A DNA stretch of 64,000 bases from Phycisphaerales bacterium (GTDB taxonomy: Bacteria; Planctomycetota; Phycisphaerae; Phycisphaerales; SM1A02), in the NCBI GenBank assembly GCA_036475395.1, contig JAZFYE010000126.1, positions 6,850 to 70,849 on the forward strand, in the 5' to 3' direction. The stretch's first letter is position 1. The number at the start of each line of letters is the position of its first letter. The notes beneath the pieces are model-generated. The model worked only from the letters and a program-made list of their open reading frames with translations, searched no databases and was not told where the DNA came from. Positions 26,601-36,115 of this stretch are shown in pieces. The position numbers and the translations under genes are program-made.

Positions 26601-27140
26601 CGTACCGTGATTGGCGACCGTTTGGCCGAGAAGATGGACGGCATGATTCGCAACAATTTGCCCGTTGTTCGTGACCGGGCCGTTCAAGGTGAAAGTGTTG
26701 ATGTCGTTGATGAAGTTGCTATTGGTGATGTTTCCCGCGGCTGCATAGATTCCGCCCACATTCACGACGGCGTTGTTTCCAAAAATAATCCCGGCTGGAT
26801 TGGCGAAGAAGACAAATCCATTGGCCAGAAGCGTGCCGTCGATGTTGGTCACATCATTGTCGGTGATTCGCATGAGGACTCTCGCAAGAGAGCCCGGTTG
26901 AAGGAACTGAACCGTCTCGAACGACGCGATGTCAAAGGACTGGCATTGGAGAATGGCGTGGTTGCTGGCCTGAATCAACCAGAAGTTCCCGTTCTGGCTA
27001 ATCACGATGTCGCCGTGCTGTACCTGGCACTGGACCGGACCGGCGGTCGTGCTCGGCGCGGTCAGTGCAACACACAAAGCACCGATGGCGAGGCTGGCGA
27101 TCCAACGGCCGCTGCGTAGGTCAAAGCTCAACTTTGTCAT
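23637..27140 (-). CDS. two-partner-secretion exoprotein (TpsA; filamentous-haemagglutinin-type N-terminal TPS domain, beta-helical repeats)
   Basis: Signal peptide MTKLSFDLRSGRWIASLAIGALCVALTAPSTTAG. TPS-domain motifs ILQCQSFDIASFETVQF, IDGTLLANGFVFFANPAGIIFG and VNVGGIYAAAG. ATG 27140 has GAGGAG 6 nt upstream. 1167 aa. Confidence 0.85.
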   Translation of the reverse strand: MTKLSFDLRSGRWIASLAIGALCVALTAPSTTAGPVQCQVQHGDIVISQNGNFWLIQASNHAILQCQSFDIASFETVQFLQPGSLARVLMRITDNDVTNIDGTLLANGFVFFANPAGIIFGNNAVVNVGGIYAAAGNITNSNFINDINTFTLNGPVTNNGQIVANHAVHLLGQTVANHGTIIAGNGGVITMISASGVTLTPVGGGVSVQLTGGGGTVAGTTGVTNTGTLSVTNGQVVLGAGDLWAMAINNSGTIDASGSEVVFTAASGDIEHTGAIVAHEVTMTVGNAYDIRLGSNGVAPTVDTTGDQTYDGSVILIDDVELMAGGSATIHFTDTVDALTAGGQSLNVEAGTIDFDGNVGSITALKSLEVVGYAKVAGDVTTTNGILFDGNVVFDGTGAQTADAGTGVLDINGNVTKATNDLTLKGTTIELGGALTQATTGDLNLMGNVVFDGSGDQTALAGGILDIDGNVTKATDDLTLQGTTIKLGGALTQATTGDLNLMGEVVLDRTGNQSVVAGDVLTADGDMHKTGAGNLTLAGNVGIDLNGDVDVVNGSLTIQDDFSVEGDLTASDNITLMGDGILDGAGNQRIDAVTGSLWAQESLTKTMGGNLTLGGGAGIRLDGAVDVRAGDLTVEDDVQINGGLITTSGDQTYEGEVDLGHDTLFEGDDILFEGAIHGHAFDLSVDADTTTFQDIIEAVGHLFVDGVTFIGGDITVLDGMEFGDAVILIGNADLIDLGVVGIIFRSTIDGPFLLFIKTGGDALFQGDIGVNAALAGFETDVAGFMLFDDAVFEIHSTGDVIFNQALNSVPAFATIGSTGHLRIFAANFTMGQNQKLTVLGDLLIDLLGGTATLGDINTLGDLIVNAGQIFLLSREPGFVIDAFGNIIFDLGLDFVAGGRFFFSVNPIVLGGGIVLFANPNGDGDALGTLQGFIMRAFGQEITSADLMHSHGVFFDLTAQGPTNANVAVTIAGAVVRESETEKIEQGLTLGATAVEELLRNLRIRARSLTAPEEQSLSAGRALFDDSGETRVDFPSDIHTILLDRMHPTLTQGSLDRYKQLAPVDAPNDVRDRLKVAWNDYQDTADRAKEATTPEGFVVYLVRVANRVALADLRLLDQVLQELSIAGPTRYELSRPRGFILDDFKPPVTQSFFQDVLEAVRTMPEQGE
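25620..25955 (-). repeat. 2 x 168-bp near-identical in-frame tandem duplication inside the TpsA gene
   Basis: cccatcaggttcagatcaccggtcgtcgcctgcgtcagcgcgccgccca occurs at 25633 and 25801. The protein units are DINGNVTKATNDLTLKGTTIELGGALTQATTGDLNLMGNVVFDGSGDQTALAGGIL and DIDGNVTKATDDLTLQGTTIKLGGALTQATTGDLNLMGEVVLD... Confidence 0.85.
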
Positions 27141-27207
27141 GGCTTCTCCTCGATTCGAACTGTCACCGCAAGGCACGTCACCCCGCAGCCACCCGTGCGG
27201 TCACGGC

Positions 27208-29517
27208 CTAGTACACGATCGTGGCCGCGAAATGGACTTCACTCGAGCCTGAGTCCACCCGGCCAGGCACGTCCTCCAGGGCAAAGCCCCAGTCCACGCG
27301 AATGCTTAGGTTCGACTGGTATTGTAACTCAAAACCAAAACCGGTGCCGATCAAAGTCTCGTTTTTCTCGAACGAAAACGGCTCGGAGTTGATGGTATGT
27401 CCGATATCCAAGAAACCGCGGAGGATGAGATCCCAGTCGGCAGGTCCGTAGGCATGCTGAGGCCGCCATCGGAATGGTTTCCCGAGGAACTGGCCCGGGT
27501 TGGGCTCAAAGCCGAACGCGTGAGAGACGTGGAATCGGTATTCGACGGTTCCAAGCAGCACGGTATCGCCGACCACCACCGACTCGGGATAGCCGCGAAC
27601 GGAGTACAGGCCGCCAGCAACCTGCTCCTCCTGTGGGATCAAACGGTTCTCGAACGCATACTGGCCACGAAACCGCAAGGCGATCTCGTGTGTGAGCGAT
27701 GGCGGCTGGGACGAGTCAGCCCCGAAACCGCGGAATAGCGGCTCGAGATAGAACGACTGCGCAACATCCCACCGCAATACCGTCCAATCGTCGTCAGGAA
27801 AGAGACGTCCGAGGCGGTTTATCGCACGCCGGTCAACGTCGGTGACACTCGCGACGTTCCACTCGATCGTAGCCGAGACATCTGTTCGTGCCTCCTCCGT
27901 GTGCCGCTGGAGCCGAAGGCCGGCGTACGGGAGAAAGAAATCTTCTTCGCCGCGAAGGCCGACGATTTGGTTGTCGACTTCGATGTTCTCGTAGCGAGCT
28001 CCGCCGACGAGGTCCAGGAAGAGTTGCCGGTCCTGGAAGACGTTCCAGACCAGCTCACCGCCGACCTGCCACGACTCACCAGTGAAGCGCTCATCGGCGA
28101 AGCCGACTTCGGAGGCAATGAACTGGCTCCACAACGCATAGGCGCGCCATCGCCAGTAGTCCGAATCAAACACTCTAGCGTCATACGAGCCGCTCACCGC
28201 GTGCGACTCGTCGAAACCCGCGGTGATGTACTCGAAATTGAACAGGTCGTCGTTTCCCGTAAGCTGGTTGTGAAAGAGTCCAAAGCGGTACCGCCATTCG
28301 TCGGTTTGTTCGGTTCCCGTGTTGGAGATCTGCGAGTAGAAGAGGATCTCTTTGTTTTCGCTGACGAGATAGTCGAGCGAAACACCGAACGTCTCTGTCG
28401 CAGGGGCCAGCGAGGCGTCGACGCGACGACCAGGGTGCCGCGATAGGCGGAAGAGGAAGTCGTCGAGTTGGTCCTTCTTGAGAATGTCACGTCGCGGCTC
28501 GTCGCCTTCCTCATACGGCTGGAACGGCGAGGACGCTCTGATGAACGCGTGGCGCTTGTTGTCCTCACGCTCTTCCAGCGGAATCCGATCGCCGGCGGCG
28601 AGCGTGCGAACCTGCGTGACAAGACCGGTGATGATGAGCAGATCAAGCTCGGTGCGCCCTTCCCGAAGGTCGCGTCCCTGGTTGAGGTCCAGTTGACCTT
28701 GTGCGGGCACAACCTGAACGGCCATGAACTCGCGATCGGTCAAATACTTCAACACTCCTTCCAGGACCATCTGGATGGCACCGGCCGTGAATGTTTCCGC
28801 CCGGTCGCCGCTCATATCCGCCGGTCGAAACGTCATCGACTCAATGTCGGGACGCCACGCGACGTACTCCGCGTCGGTCTGCGTCAAGCTGGCTTCGGCA
28901 GATGCCAGCACTTCATCCAGAGGTGGCAACTCGGGGTGATCACCAGCGGAGTAGGACAGATTGAACCGGCTTATCTGGAATGATGGACCTTCGTAGGAGA
29001 TCAAGAGCCGCAGCTTGGTCCGCTCGCGGGGGCGCAGATCCTGTCCCGTTGTCGGATCGATATCGTTGGGGCTCGGAGCCACCAGCACGTTCAGCGATAC
29101 CTCTCGCCTCGCGAACGAGTCAGCGATTGCTTGGCGGATCACATCGATAGCGCTCGCGTAGAGCCTGATCGGACCCGATGCGGTGAGTTGCTGAATCGTC
29201 AATTGCTCCGTTGGTGATCCGGGACGGGGTGCGACGTAGCCGTCCGCGGTCGGACTCAGCTTGATCTCCAGAACGGGGAGCGTGGTGTTGCCCACTTCTG
29301 AGATTGACGGCAGAAACGGAAGCCCTCGCACATATTGAGCCTCGAACGTGCCGACAACATAGCTCGGGCCATCTGCATCAAGCGGTTGCACGACACTCTC
29401 GGTCATCTCGCGATCCTGCGAATACGCGCTGGCCAGGCCAAACCAACACAGCGCAAGTGGGTTCCACAAAAGGAGGACCACTAGGATTCTTGCTGCTTGC
29501 CTGAGTGACTGGGTCAC
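27208..29517 (-). CDS. TpsB-type outer-membrane transporter (ShlB/FhaC/HecB family)
   Basis: The C-terminal barrel motif QVAGGLYSVRGYPESVVVGDTVLLGTVEYRF is ShlB-like. The likely start is GTG 29517 (AGGAG 7 nt upstream), giving signal peptide (M)TQSLRQAARILVVLLLWNPLALCWFGLASAYSQ. The upstream 93 codons of the track ORF are Arg-rich filler. Confidence 0.8.
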   Translation of the reverse strand: MTQSLRQAARILVVLLLWNPLALCWFGLASAYSQDREMTESVVQPLDADGPSYVVGTFEAQYVRGLPFLPSISEVGNTTLPVLEIKLSPTADGYVAPRPGSPTEQLTIQQLTASGPIRLYASAIDVIRQAIADSFARREVSLNVLVAPSPNDIDPTTGQDLRPRERTKLRLLISYEGPSFQISRFNLSYSAGDHPELPPLDEVLASAEASLTQTDAEYVAWRPDIESMTFRPADMSGDRAETFTAGAIQMVLEGVLKYLTDREFMAVQVVPAQGQLDLNQGRDLREGRTELDLLIITGLVTQVRTLAAGDRIPLEEREDNKRHAFIRASSPFQPYEEGDEPRRDILKKDQLDDFLFRLSRHPGRRVDASLAPATETFGVSLDYLVSENKEILFYSQISNTGTEQTDEWRYRFGLFHNQLTGNDDLFNFEYITAGFDESHAVSGSYDARVFDSDYWRWRAYALWSQFIASEVGFADERFTGESWQVGGELVWNVFQDRQLFLDLVGGARYENIEVDNQIVGLRGEEDFFLPYAGLRLQRHTEEARTDVSATIEWNVASVTDVDRRAINRLGRLFPDDDWTVLRWDVAQSFYLEPLFRGFGADSSQPPSLTHEIALRFRGQYAFENRLIPQEEQVAGGLYSVRGYPESVVVGDTVLLGTVEYRFHVSHAFGFEPNPGQFLGKPFRWRPQHAYGPADWDLILRGFLDIGHTINSEPFSFEKNETLIGTGFGFELQYQSNLSIRVDWGFALEDVPGRVDSGSSEVHFAATIVY

Positions 29518-29925
29518 GCTTGTCTCCTGATTGAGTCTTCGGCGAATCCGGGGGAGGTCACCTGAATGTCGCGTCGATGATCGATCTGCGCTAGTAGGGT
29601 GGTCAAGCAATCTCCGCCGACCCTGGAATCCGTCCTCGGGGTGTAGCCCGACCTGTCCGGTCGCTCTGTTCGATACGGGCCTGACCGGGAGATACCAGCT
29701 CCAGGAGCGAGAGGCAAACATTCGTTGGCCGGGCGATTCGGCGCGACCTCGTGAGTATCTGGACGTTTCGCCCGCACGATCGCCATCCTCTAACAACTCC
29801 CATTACCTACAGCCGCCATCCTACCTCGTCCTGGAACGGCACGTCAAGCTGGGGGTGATGGAACCAACAGTAGCGAATCCGCCCACTCTGCTCCTTGAAG
29901 CGAGGCCCGATGGCCATAAGTCCCC

Positions 29926-30972
29926 TTATCCGAGGTTCGACGAGCCCAACTCGTGGATTGCCTCGTTCGTTGCCTCCTCGACAAGCTGACGTGTCCGCTC
30001 GGCGAACTCGTCTTCGACCGAGTAGGGGACTTCAGTGGTAAGAGGAAGTTCCGCGGGGGGCACACGGAGACAGAAGAAGTGACTCGCCGTCACCGGTCCC
30101 AAAAGGAGATCGACCCAGTCGGCGTCGATCGGGCAAATGACCCACATTGGCACTCCATCGGCCAGCATTTGGCGGAGGAAGGTCGCCCAGGCGACAAACG
30201 CCCCCGAGGCTGAATCGGCGCAGCGCGGGACGCGCATCGCACTGGAAGAGAGCGTGGCGGCCCGCGTTCGCCATGTCGTTTTGCGATCACTTTCCCCCTG
30301 CTGCCGGCAGCACTCAGGCAAGTCCCGATCGATGTGATACAGCAGTCGGATCAGTCCCGTTCGGTCGGCACCCATCTCGGTGCACTGGGCGAGGGTCGCC
30401 AGTGACGACATCCCGGATGGATGGTCGTCCGATCCCATCAGGGTCGTCATCTCGGTTCGCATCTCCGCCGAATGGCGCGAGAGAATTGCGCCCACCTCAT
30501 CTCCTGTTACCGCGGATCTGCACTGATCCTCCAACCGTTCCAATCGTTGAAAGGCCAGCGGTGCAGCTTCCGAGAAAGAGACATGCGGCGTTTCCAGGCA
30601 GACCGCCATCGGATACCGCGATCGCCCCTTCCCATCCACTGAGGACCAGATCCGTCCGAACACCCAGCTTCCCTGATCGTACCAACCGAAAAAGTGGTGA
30701 AAGCCCGGCAGCGTGCGTTCGGGGCCGAGTTCATCCCATGCACCGGAATCGATGTTGCCGCCGATGCCTTCAACGTAGAGCACCTGCTTTGCCTGCGTGA
30801 GACGCTCGGTTTCCAGTCCCAGATCGGGGATGTGATCATCCCAGGCTGGATGCTTGCCGAAGGCGCCGAGATGCAGTTGGGGCATGGTGTCGGGGCGGCG
30901 CCCTGTCAGCTTGCGGATCATGTTCCCAAACAGGGGTATGACAGTCCTCCTTCGGCTCACGGCCGAGGTCAA
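29926..30972 (-). CDS. tagF: T6SS-associated protein TagF (DUF2094-like)
   Basis: LGAFGKHPAWDDHI resembles the TagF N-terminal GfyGKlPxxGDF motif. It lies immediately after tssM, as in many T6SS loci. The start is uncertain: TTG 30972 overlapping the tssM stop, ATG 30921 or ATG 30885. Confidence 0.65.
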   Translation of the reverse strand: MTSAVSRRRTVIPLFGNMIRKLTGRRPDTMPQLHLGAFGKHPAWDDHIPDLGLETERLTQAKQVLYVEGIGGNIDSGAWDELGPERTLPGFHHFFGWYDQGSWVFGRIWSSVDGKGRSRYPMAVCLETPHVSFSEAAPLAFQRLERLEDQCRSAVTGDEVGAILSRHSAEMRTEMTTLMGSDDHPSGMSSLATLAQCTEMGADRTGLIRLLYHIDRDLPECCRQQGESDRKTTWRTRAATLSSSAMRVPRCADSASGAFVAWATFLRQMLADGVPMWVICPIDADWVDLLLGPVTASHFFCLRVPPAELPLTTEVPYSVEDEFAERTRQLVEEATNEAIHELGSSNLG

Positions 30973-33900
30973 GGTGCGTGGTCGGGGTCCTCATTCGGCC
31001 ATTTTTCGAGGGGCGGAGGATCTACCTGGTTGAATTGAATTGTCAGCCAGACCGAATACTCCTCCTTGTTACCCTTCTTCCGGATAATCAACTCGGCTTC
31101 CCAGATCTGTTCCCCGTCTTCAGCCACAGAAGATTCGAGTGGCTCGCCCTTGCAGGCGTACAGAAGGTGGAGAATGGCCCACGGACCTTCAAAGACGAGC
31201 TCCCGGTCGTTCCCGTCGAGGTCAACCATCACCACGTTTGGGTCATGGTCCTGCGAATCCACGTCCGAGTAGAAGCGAAGATACAGCTTCTTGGAATCGG
31301 GGTACTGGACTAGGCGCAGGAGTTGATCATCGCCTGCGAGAATGTTCTTTCGACCCAACCTATCCTTCGCGTTCAGATCAATGACGCAATCCACGTAGTG
31401 CCATATCTGACCGGCACTACCCTTGCCAGGAATCACATAGAGATCTGCTTCATATCTTTCGTCCTTGCCGGGCAGCGCTGCAAGCAGGTCGCGCCATTTC
31501 TCGAATCTCACCTTCTCATTACCCGCGAGCGGTGAGCTAAGGTTCTTCAGCGCCGGCGCGACCCTGGCGGCGACCGTCCCTGACGGTCGACCAAAGTTCG
31601 TTGAAGCGGAGTCCTGCGACGCTTTGGCAAGTATCTTCCCGACCAACTGCTTTGCCCGAATGACATCGTTGTGGGAAAGTTGACTGGCTCCATGGCGCGC
31701 GATTGGGAACCGCCGAAGCGTCAAGAGCTCGTCCAACACATCCTTCGTTCCGTCTTGCACGGCCTTTACTAAGAGCCCAAGGGCATCGAAACTGAACTGC
31801 TGCCAAAAGCGGTGGACAAACTCCTCTGCATACGTGCCTGTCGGACTGTTCTTGAGCGAGTAGTCGGTGACGAACGTTTGAATTTCGAGCCTGCGCAAGA
31901 CCTCTCTGGCTTGCGATGGGTTGCTCTCAAGCGCCTGCCAATTGCTCAGGATCTTCGTGTAGTCGTCACGACGGAGCTCAGCCGAAAGGCCCGCGTCTTG
32001 GATTTTCTTTACCCGTTTCTCAAAGTCAGGGAGGACTGTCGGCTTCACCGGGCCCGTATCCATAGTTTCCAGAAGCTCGGTCAGCCTCCTCGTGACCTCA
32101 GTGCCAAGATCAATCAGTGGTTGCGTGATCGCCACCTCGTCATAGTGCCCGAGATCATCGACGAGTTCCGCCCACGTCCCGCTCTTCAGCCTCAGCAGGT
32201 CGTGGAAAATCCCTTCCGACCAGTACTCGTAGTATGTCTCGGCGTACATCTTGAGCGCATCACTCTCGAAGTCTGGGTCGGCCTGCGACATCGCAGCCCA
32301 GTCCCGGAACAACGGCATTGCGAGCGGCGGGTAGTATCTCGTGTCAAGCTTCAGACCGGTTAGCGGGACCGCCGGTAGCTCATACTTCTTCTCTGGTTGA
32401 TCCTCCGCACCATCTTCCCTGTCGGCGGCGAGACTCTTGATCTTGCTCGCGAGCTCGGGCCCGGATCGAATTTCATCAATCACGTTTTCCTGGAAGTCTC
32501 TGACAATGACCCCGTAGAGATGCTGCCTCGCCGTGGCGTCTGCGACCGCCTCGCAAAGCGTTACCGCCTTATCAAAGCGGTCATCGAGCGTCTCGCCATC
32601 ATAGGCTTCCCCGGTGTCGTCTGGCTTCTGCTGTTTCAAGTTACCGAGCGTCTCTTTCGCACCGTCGATCGCTGTACTGGCGACCGTGAATCTCCGCGCG
32701 GTAACCCCAAACCTGAGATCCGACTGAGGCTCTTCAGCGGCGAACAGGTCATGCACCGTCTCGTACATGGCGAACCGAAGTTCATATAGCCGCTTGAATT
32801 CGGAGCGTTCTGGGTCGCGGACCTGCCCCAAGTAGAACTCGTCCGCACGCCTAAGATCATCCGCTGGCAGCTCTGCCTTGCGCTTGAACTGAGTCCAGAG
32901 TCCCTCGAGGCGACGCGTGACTTCGCTGTCATCGAATGACGGAGGGTCGACATTCGCAATCGTCAAGCCGTCGTCTCCGGTCGCAGCCCGCAACAACGTA
33001 GTAAGGATGTCCTCCAGCCGCTTGTTCGCTTCCGACAAGGCCTCTTGGAGCGTCATGACACCGCCGGTATTCAATCCGGCTTCTCTGATCGCCTCATTCA
33101 GCTCCTTTCGCTCCGTTGCTTCCGCATCCTTCGTCAGTTGAAGAGCGTCGAAGCGATGGTCCCAAAGCTGCTTGTCGACACGCGCGCCTTCAGCGAGACG
33201 TAGCAACTCGTCCTCAGCATTTTCGAAAGCTAGCACGGCGTCCAGAACTTCTTTCAGCCGTTGCACTTGACCCTGCGCGCCGGCAAGCCAGTACCGTTCC
33301 AGTTTGGAGAGCGCGTTTTCGATTGCTTTGTGGTTGCGCCGCAGCAGATGACCATCCGGTAGTGCGACTGGGTCGCCGTCTTCCGTGTAGACGCCCCGTA
33401 GGATATCTTGTAATTGCTCCGCATCGTCGGCGATATCGATGTACTTCTCGCCCAACAGGAACTGGAGCTGATCGGGAACGAAGTTCTTACGTATGACGCC
33501 GCGTTCCTGGATTTGGATGAGGTGCGCCAGCGCGTTTGTCTCGTCCTCCGACCAACTGTCCGTCTTGGTGAATTGATTACGAACATCCAGAAGTGGACAA
33601 AGGACGGCCTGGTCAAACAGATGTCGGAAGGCGTCTTGCCGCTCTGTCTTGAAACCGATTTCATCGTGAATCAACGCCACCGGCCGGAACGTCCAGGGTG
33701 TGGAGATCTGGTCCTCGTAACGCTCGTCGGCCATGACAAGAATATTGAAGAGATTCGATCTTTCCTTACTAACCCCTACCTCAGGCAACCCTTCCTCACG
33801 CCGCTTGTCGTTCCACTGCTTCTTCCAGTAGTCCACGATTGTTTCTTCGCGTGAGATAAAGGATCCACCCATGTAGAAAAAGCCACCGTCATCGGGAACC

Positions 33901-35408
33901 ACGATCGGAAGGATCTTGGATTCACCATCCACAACGGTCGTCGCAACGTTTTGCCAGAACGCGACGTGCGACTTGATCTTCGTCTCAAATGACCGCCAGC
34001 TAACGAAACTCAGTGCCAGGATGAGTATGGCGGCGGCGAAGCCGCTCCCCAGCAAGGCGATTCTGCGTCGGCGCTGCACCCTGCGGATATTGGTATGCCC
34101 CGTCACCAGCCCCCATTCCTTGAAGATTTTCTCTTGGAACACATCTCGGAGGAAGTACGCCTTGTCCTCCGTCCAGGCGGCCTCCTGAAGAGATTCGATA
34201 GGAACATTCAGCGCGTCCGCCAACTCCAGATCGAGCGCCTGCCCGTGCTGCATCGACGACGTGAAGTAGATGCCGCGCAGGAACAACGGCTTGGAGGACC
34301 AGATGCCGGTGGTAAAGATCAACTCGAGGTAGCGTTGAAGTCGCGAGGCGATTCGCTGAACCGCTTCCGGAAAGGCATAGAGTTCATCGATCTGATCGGT
34401 CCGCCTCGCCGACTGGTCCTCGGTGTTCACCGGATCCTGGAGCAACGCGAGTCTTTTTCGGTCCAGACGCTCTCTTATCTGATCGACGGAGGTCTTGATC
34501 GAAGAAGGATCAAAGGGATCATCCAGTTGCGTCGCGTTGGACCAGCCAAGCATCTGAGCCTGCGCCTGGGGGTCTCGAAACTCGCTGAAGAACTGACGGA
34601 ATCCGGTGAGCTTGTCCGCCTTGGTGACGAGAACATACACGGGAAACCTCACGCCCAGCATTCGCTGAAGCTGGTCCATCTCACGGGCGATCTTCCCGGC
34701 CTTTTGCTCGATCTCGGTCGCGTCGTCCTGGATCAGGCTGTCGATCGGAATGGCTAACAGGAGCCCATTGATCGGGCAATGTCTTCGATGCTTTTGCAAC
34801 AAGCGAAGGAACTCATGCCATTCCTTGGTGTCGACACTCTCGACGTCACCAAACACGATCCGCCCGGCCGTGTCGAGGATGACACCGTGGTCCGTGAACC
34901 ACCAGTCCATGTTGATGGTGCCGCCCGTGCCTTGCAGTTCATCCTGCAGGCCCGGCGGAAACTTGATGCCACAATGGCGGATCGCCTCCGTCTTGCCGGA
35001 TCCGGATTCCCCAATGAAGACGTACCAAGGAACAGTGTAAAGATCTTTACCGCGGTCGCGGAACTTCACGATCCCTTCTTCGAACCTCTTGCGCATGCCG
35101 TCCAGATGAGCCCGATCAGCAACGTCGCTGACACCCTGGGGAACGGCGCTGCTGCTGGCCTTGATCTCGCTCTCGAAGGGCTTGGCCTTGCGCTTCTTGA
35201 GGTGTTTGCGGAGCATCCGGTAGGCCAGGAGCATCACCACCACGACGCAGATTCCGATGGCAACGATCCCCAACAACGGCCAGTTCAACCCCTGCGAGCC
35301 ACTCGCGAGAGCGATCACAATCGCCAAGATCGAAACTCCCGTCATCGCCATGAGCGCTATCTGCACCGGCCGTGGGATATCGGCGAATTGTGAAATCAGC
35401 CTTCTCAC
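30969..35408 (-). CDS. tssM: T6SS membrane complex protein TssM (IcmF family)
   Basis: 1479 aa. N-terminal TM segments, Walker A YVFIGESGSGKTEAIRHCG, and a large periplasmic part. The GTG start overlaps the tssL stop (GTGA). Confidence 0.95.
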   Translation of the reverse strand: MRRLISQFADIPRPVQIALMAMTGVSILAIVIALASGSQGLNWPLLGIVAIGICVVVVMLLAYRMLRKHLKKRKAKPFESEIKASSSAVPQGVSDVADRAHLDGMRKRFEEGIVKFRDRGKDLYTVPWYVFIGESGSGKTEAIRHCGIKFPPGLQDELQGTGGTINMDWWFTDHGVILDTAGRIVFGDVESVDTKEWHEFLRLLQKHRRHCPINGLLLAIPIDSLIQDDATEIEQKAGKIAREMDQLQRMLGVRFPVYVLVTKADKLTGFRQFFSEFRDPQAQAQMLGWSNATQLDDPFDPSSIKTSVDQIRERLDRKRLALLQDPVNTEDQSARRTDQIDELYAFPEAVQRIASRLQRYLELIFTTGIWSSKPLFLRGIYFTSSMQHGQALDLELADALNVPIESLQEAAWTEDKAYFLRDVFQEKIFKEWGLVTGHTNIRRVQRRRRIALLGSGFAAAILILALSFVSWRSFETKIKSHVAFWQNVATTVVDGESKILPIVVPDDGGFFYMGGSFISREETIVDYWKKQWNDKRREEGLPEVGVSKERSNLFNILVMADERYEDQISTPWTFRPVALIHDEIGFKTERQDAFRHLFDQAVLCPLLDVRNQFTKTDSWSEDETNALAHLIQIQERGVIRKNFVPDQLQFLLGEKYIDIADDAEQLQDILRGVYTEDGDPVALPDGHLLRRNHKAIENALSKLERYWLAGAQGQVQRLKEVLDAVLAFENAEDELLRLAEGARVDKQLWDHRFDALQLTKDAEATERKELNEAIREAGLNTGGVMTLQEALSEANKRLEDILTTLLRAATGDDGLTIANVDPPSFDDSEVTRRLEGLWTQFKRKAELPADDLRRADEFYLGQVRDPERSEFKRLYELRFAMYETVHDLFAAEEPQSDLRFGVTARRFTVASTAIDGAKETLGNLKQQKPDDTGEAYDGETLDDRFDKAVTLCEAVADATARQHLYGVIVRDFQENVIDEIRSGPELASKIKSLAADREDGAEDQPEKKYELPAVPLTGLKLDTRYYPPLAMPLFRDWAAMSQADPDFESDALKMYAETYYEYWSEGIFHDLLRLKSGTWAELVDDLGHYDEVAITQPLIDLGTEVTRRLTELLETMDTGPVKPTVLPDFEKRVKKIQDAGLSAELRRDDYTKILSNWQALESNPSQAREVLRRLEIQTFVTDYSLKNSPTGTYAEEFVHRFWQQFSFDALGLLVKAVQDGTKDVLDELLTLRRFPIARHGASQLSHNDVIRAKQLVGKILAKASQDSASTNFGRPSGTVAARVAPALKNLSSPLAGNEKVRFEKWRDLLAALPGKDERYEADLYVIPGKGSAGQIWHYVDCVIDLNAKDRLGRKNILAGDDQLLRLVQYPDSKKLYLRFYSDVDSQDHDPNVVMVDLDGNDRELVFEGPWAILHLLYACKGEPLESSVAEDGEQIWEAELIIRKKGNKEEYSVWLTIQFNQVDPPPLEKWPNEDPDHAP

Positions 35409-36115
35409 TGGTCGGATCCCTCAGATTTGACCGCCGACGGAACGCCCGCGAGGTCGCCGAGGGCCGTCTCAAGATCGTCTGTAGCCTTACCATACAAGTA
35501 GAAGTTGGCGGCAAGAACAATGAGCACGAGCCCCGCCAGCGCGATGGCAATCCCCACCAGCTTTGCGCCGGGGGGCTCGGTCAGAACCCTTCTGTCCGTA
35601 TGCTCGTACGCCTGCGGGCATATCTTGGCCGCTTCGTCCGGATCCATCTCGCGTCTCAGCCGAACCGCAGCCTCGCTCATCTTGCGTCTGAGATGGGTGT
35701 GCTGGCCCGCGTACCACCCGGTGAACCCGAGACCCAGACAGGTGTAGAGCACGCCGAGACGCTCCGTCGCCGCTTGGCTCTTGTCGACCAGCGTTTCCTC
35801 CAAGATATCAAAGAACTTCTCGTCGCCGGCCCGTTCGTGGCGGTCGTAGGCGAGACGATTCTCGTGCCACTCCGCCGCGAACGGGAGTTGGCTCTCGGCA
35901 ATCATCGAATCAACGAAGAAGATCAGAGCGACCTCGATCCGCTCGAACTGTTCGGAGAGACCGGGAGTCGAAAGGGCAGCGCTGCGCATGTCGGCGAGGA
36001 TCGCCTCGATCTCACTGCGCGCTTGTCGGTAGTCGCTCGTGGCACCCTTGCGAGCCGAGCGGTTCAACCGACACACATGAAGGAACAGGGGTTCACACAG
36101 ATCACGGAGTGTCAT
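35405..36115 (-). CDS. tssL: T6SS membrane complex protein TssL (DotU family)
   Basis: MTLRDLCEPLFLHVCRLNR and ALIFFVDSMIAES are present, with a C-terminal TM segment LVGIAIALAGLVLIVLAANFYLY. ATGA overlap with tssK. Confidence 0.85.
   Translation of the reverse strand: MTLRDLCEPLFLHVCRLNRSARKGATSDYRQARSEIEAILADMRSAALSTPGLSEQFERIEVALIFFVDSMIAESQLPFAAEWHENRLAYDRHERAGDEKFFDILEETLVDKSQAATERLGVLYTCLGLGFTGWYAGQHTHLRRKMSEAAVRLRREMDPDEAAKICPQAYEHTDRRVLTEPPGAKLVGIAIALAGLVLIVLAANFYLYGKATDDLETALGDLAGVPSAVKSEGSDQ

Noticed and set aside
29518-29796. N-terminal 93-codon extension of the TpsB ORF in the track (start 29796)
   Set aside because: The extension is Arg-rich with no signal peptide. An in-frame GTG at 29517 with an AGGAG RBS yields a proper signal peptide.
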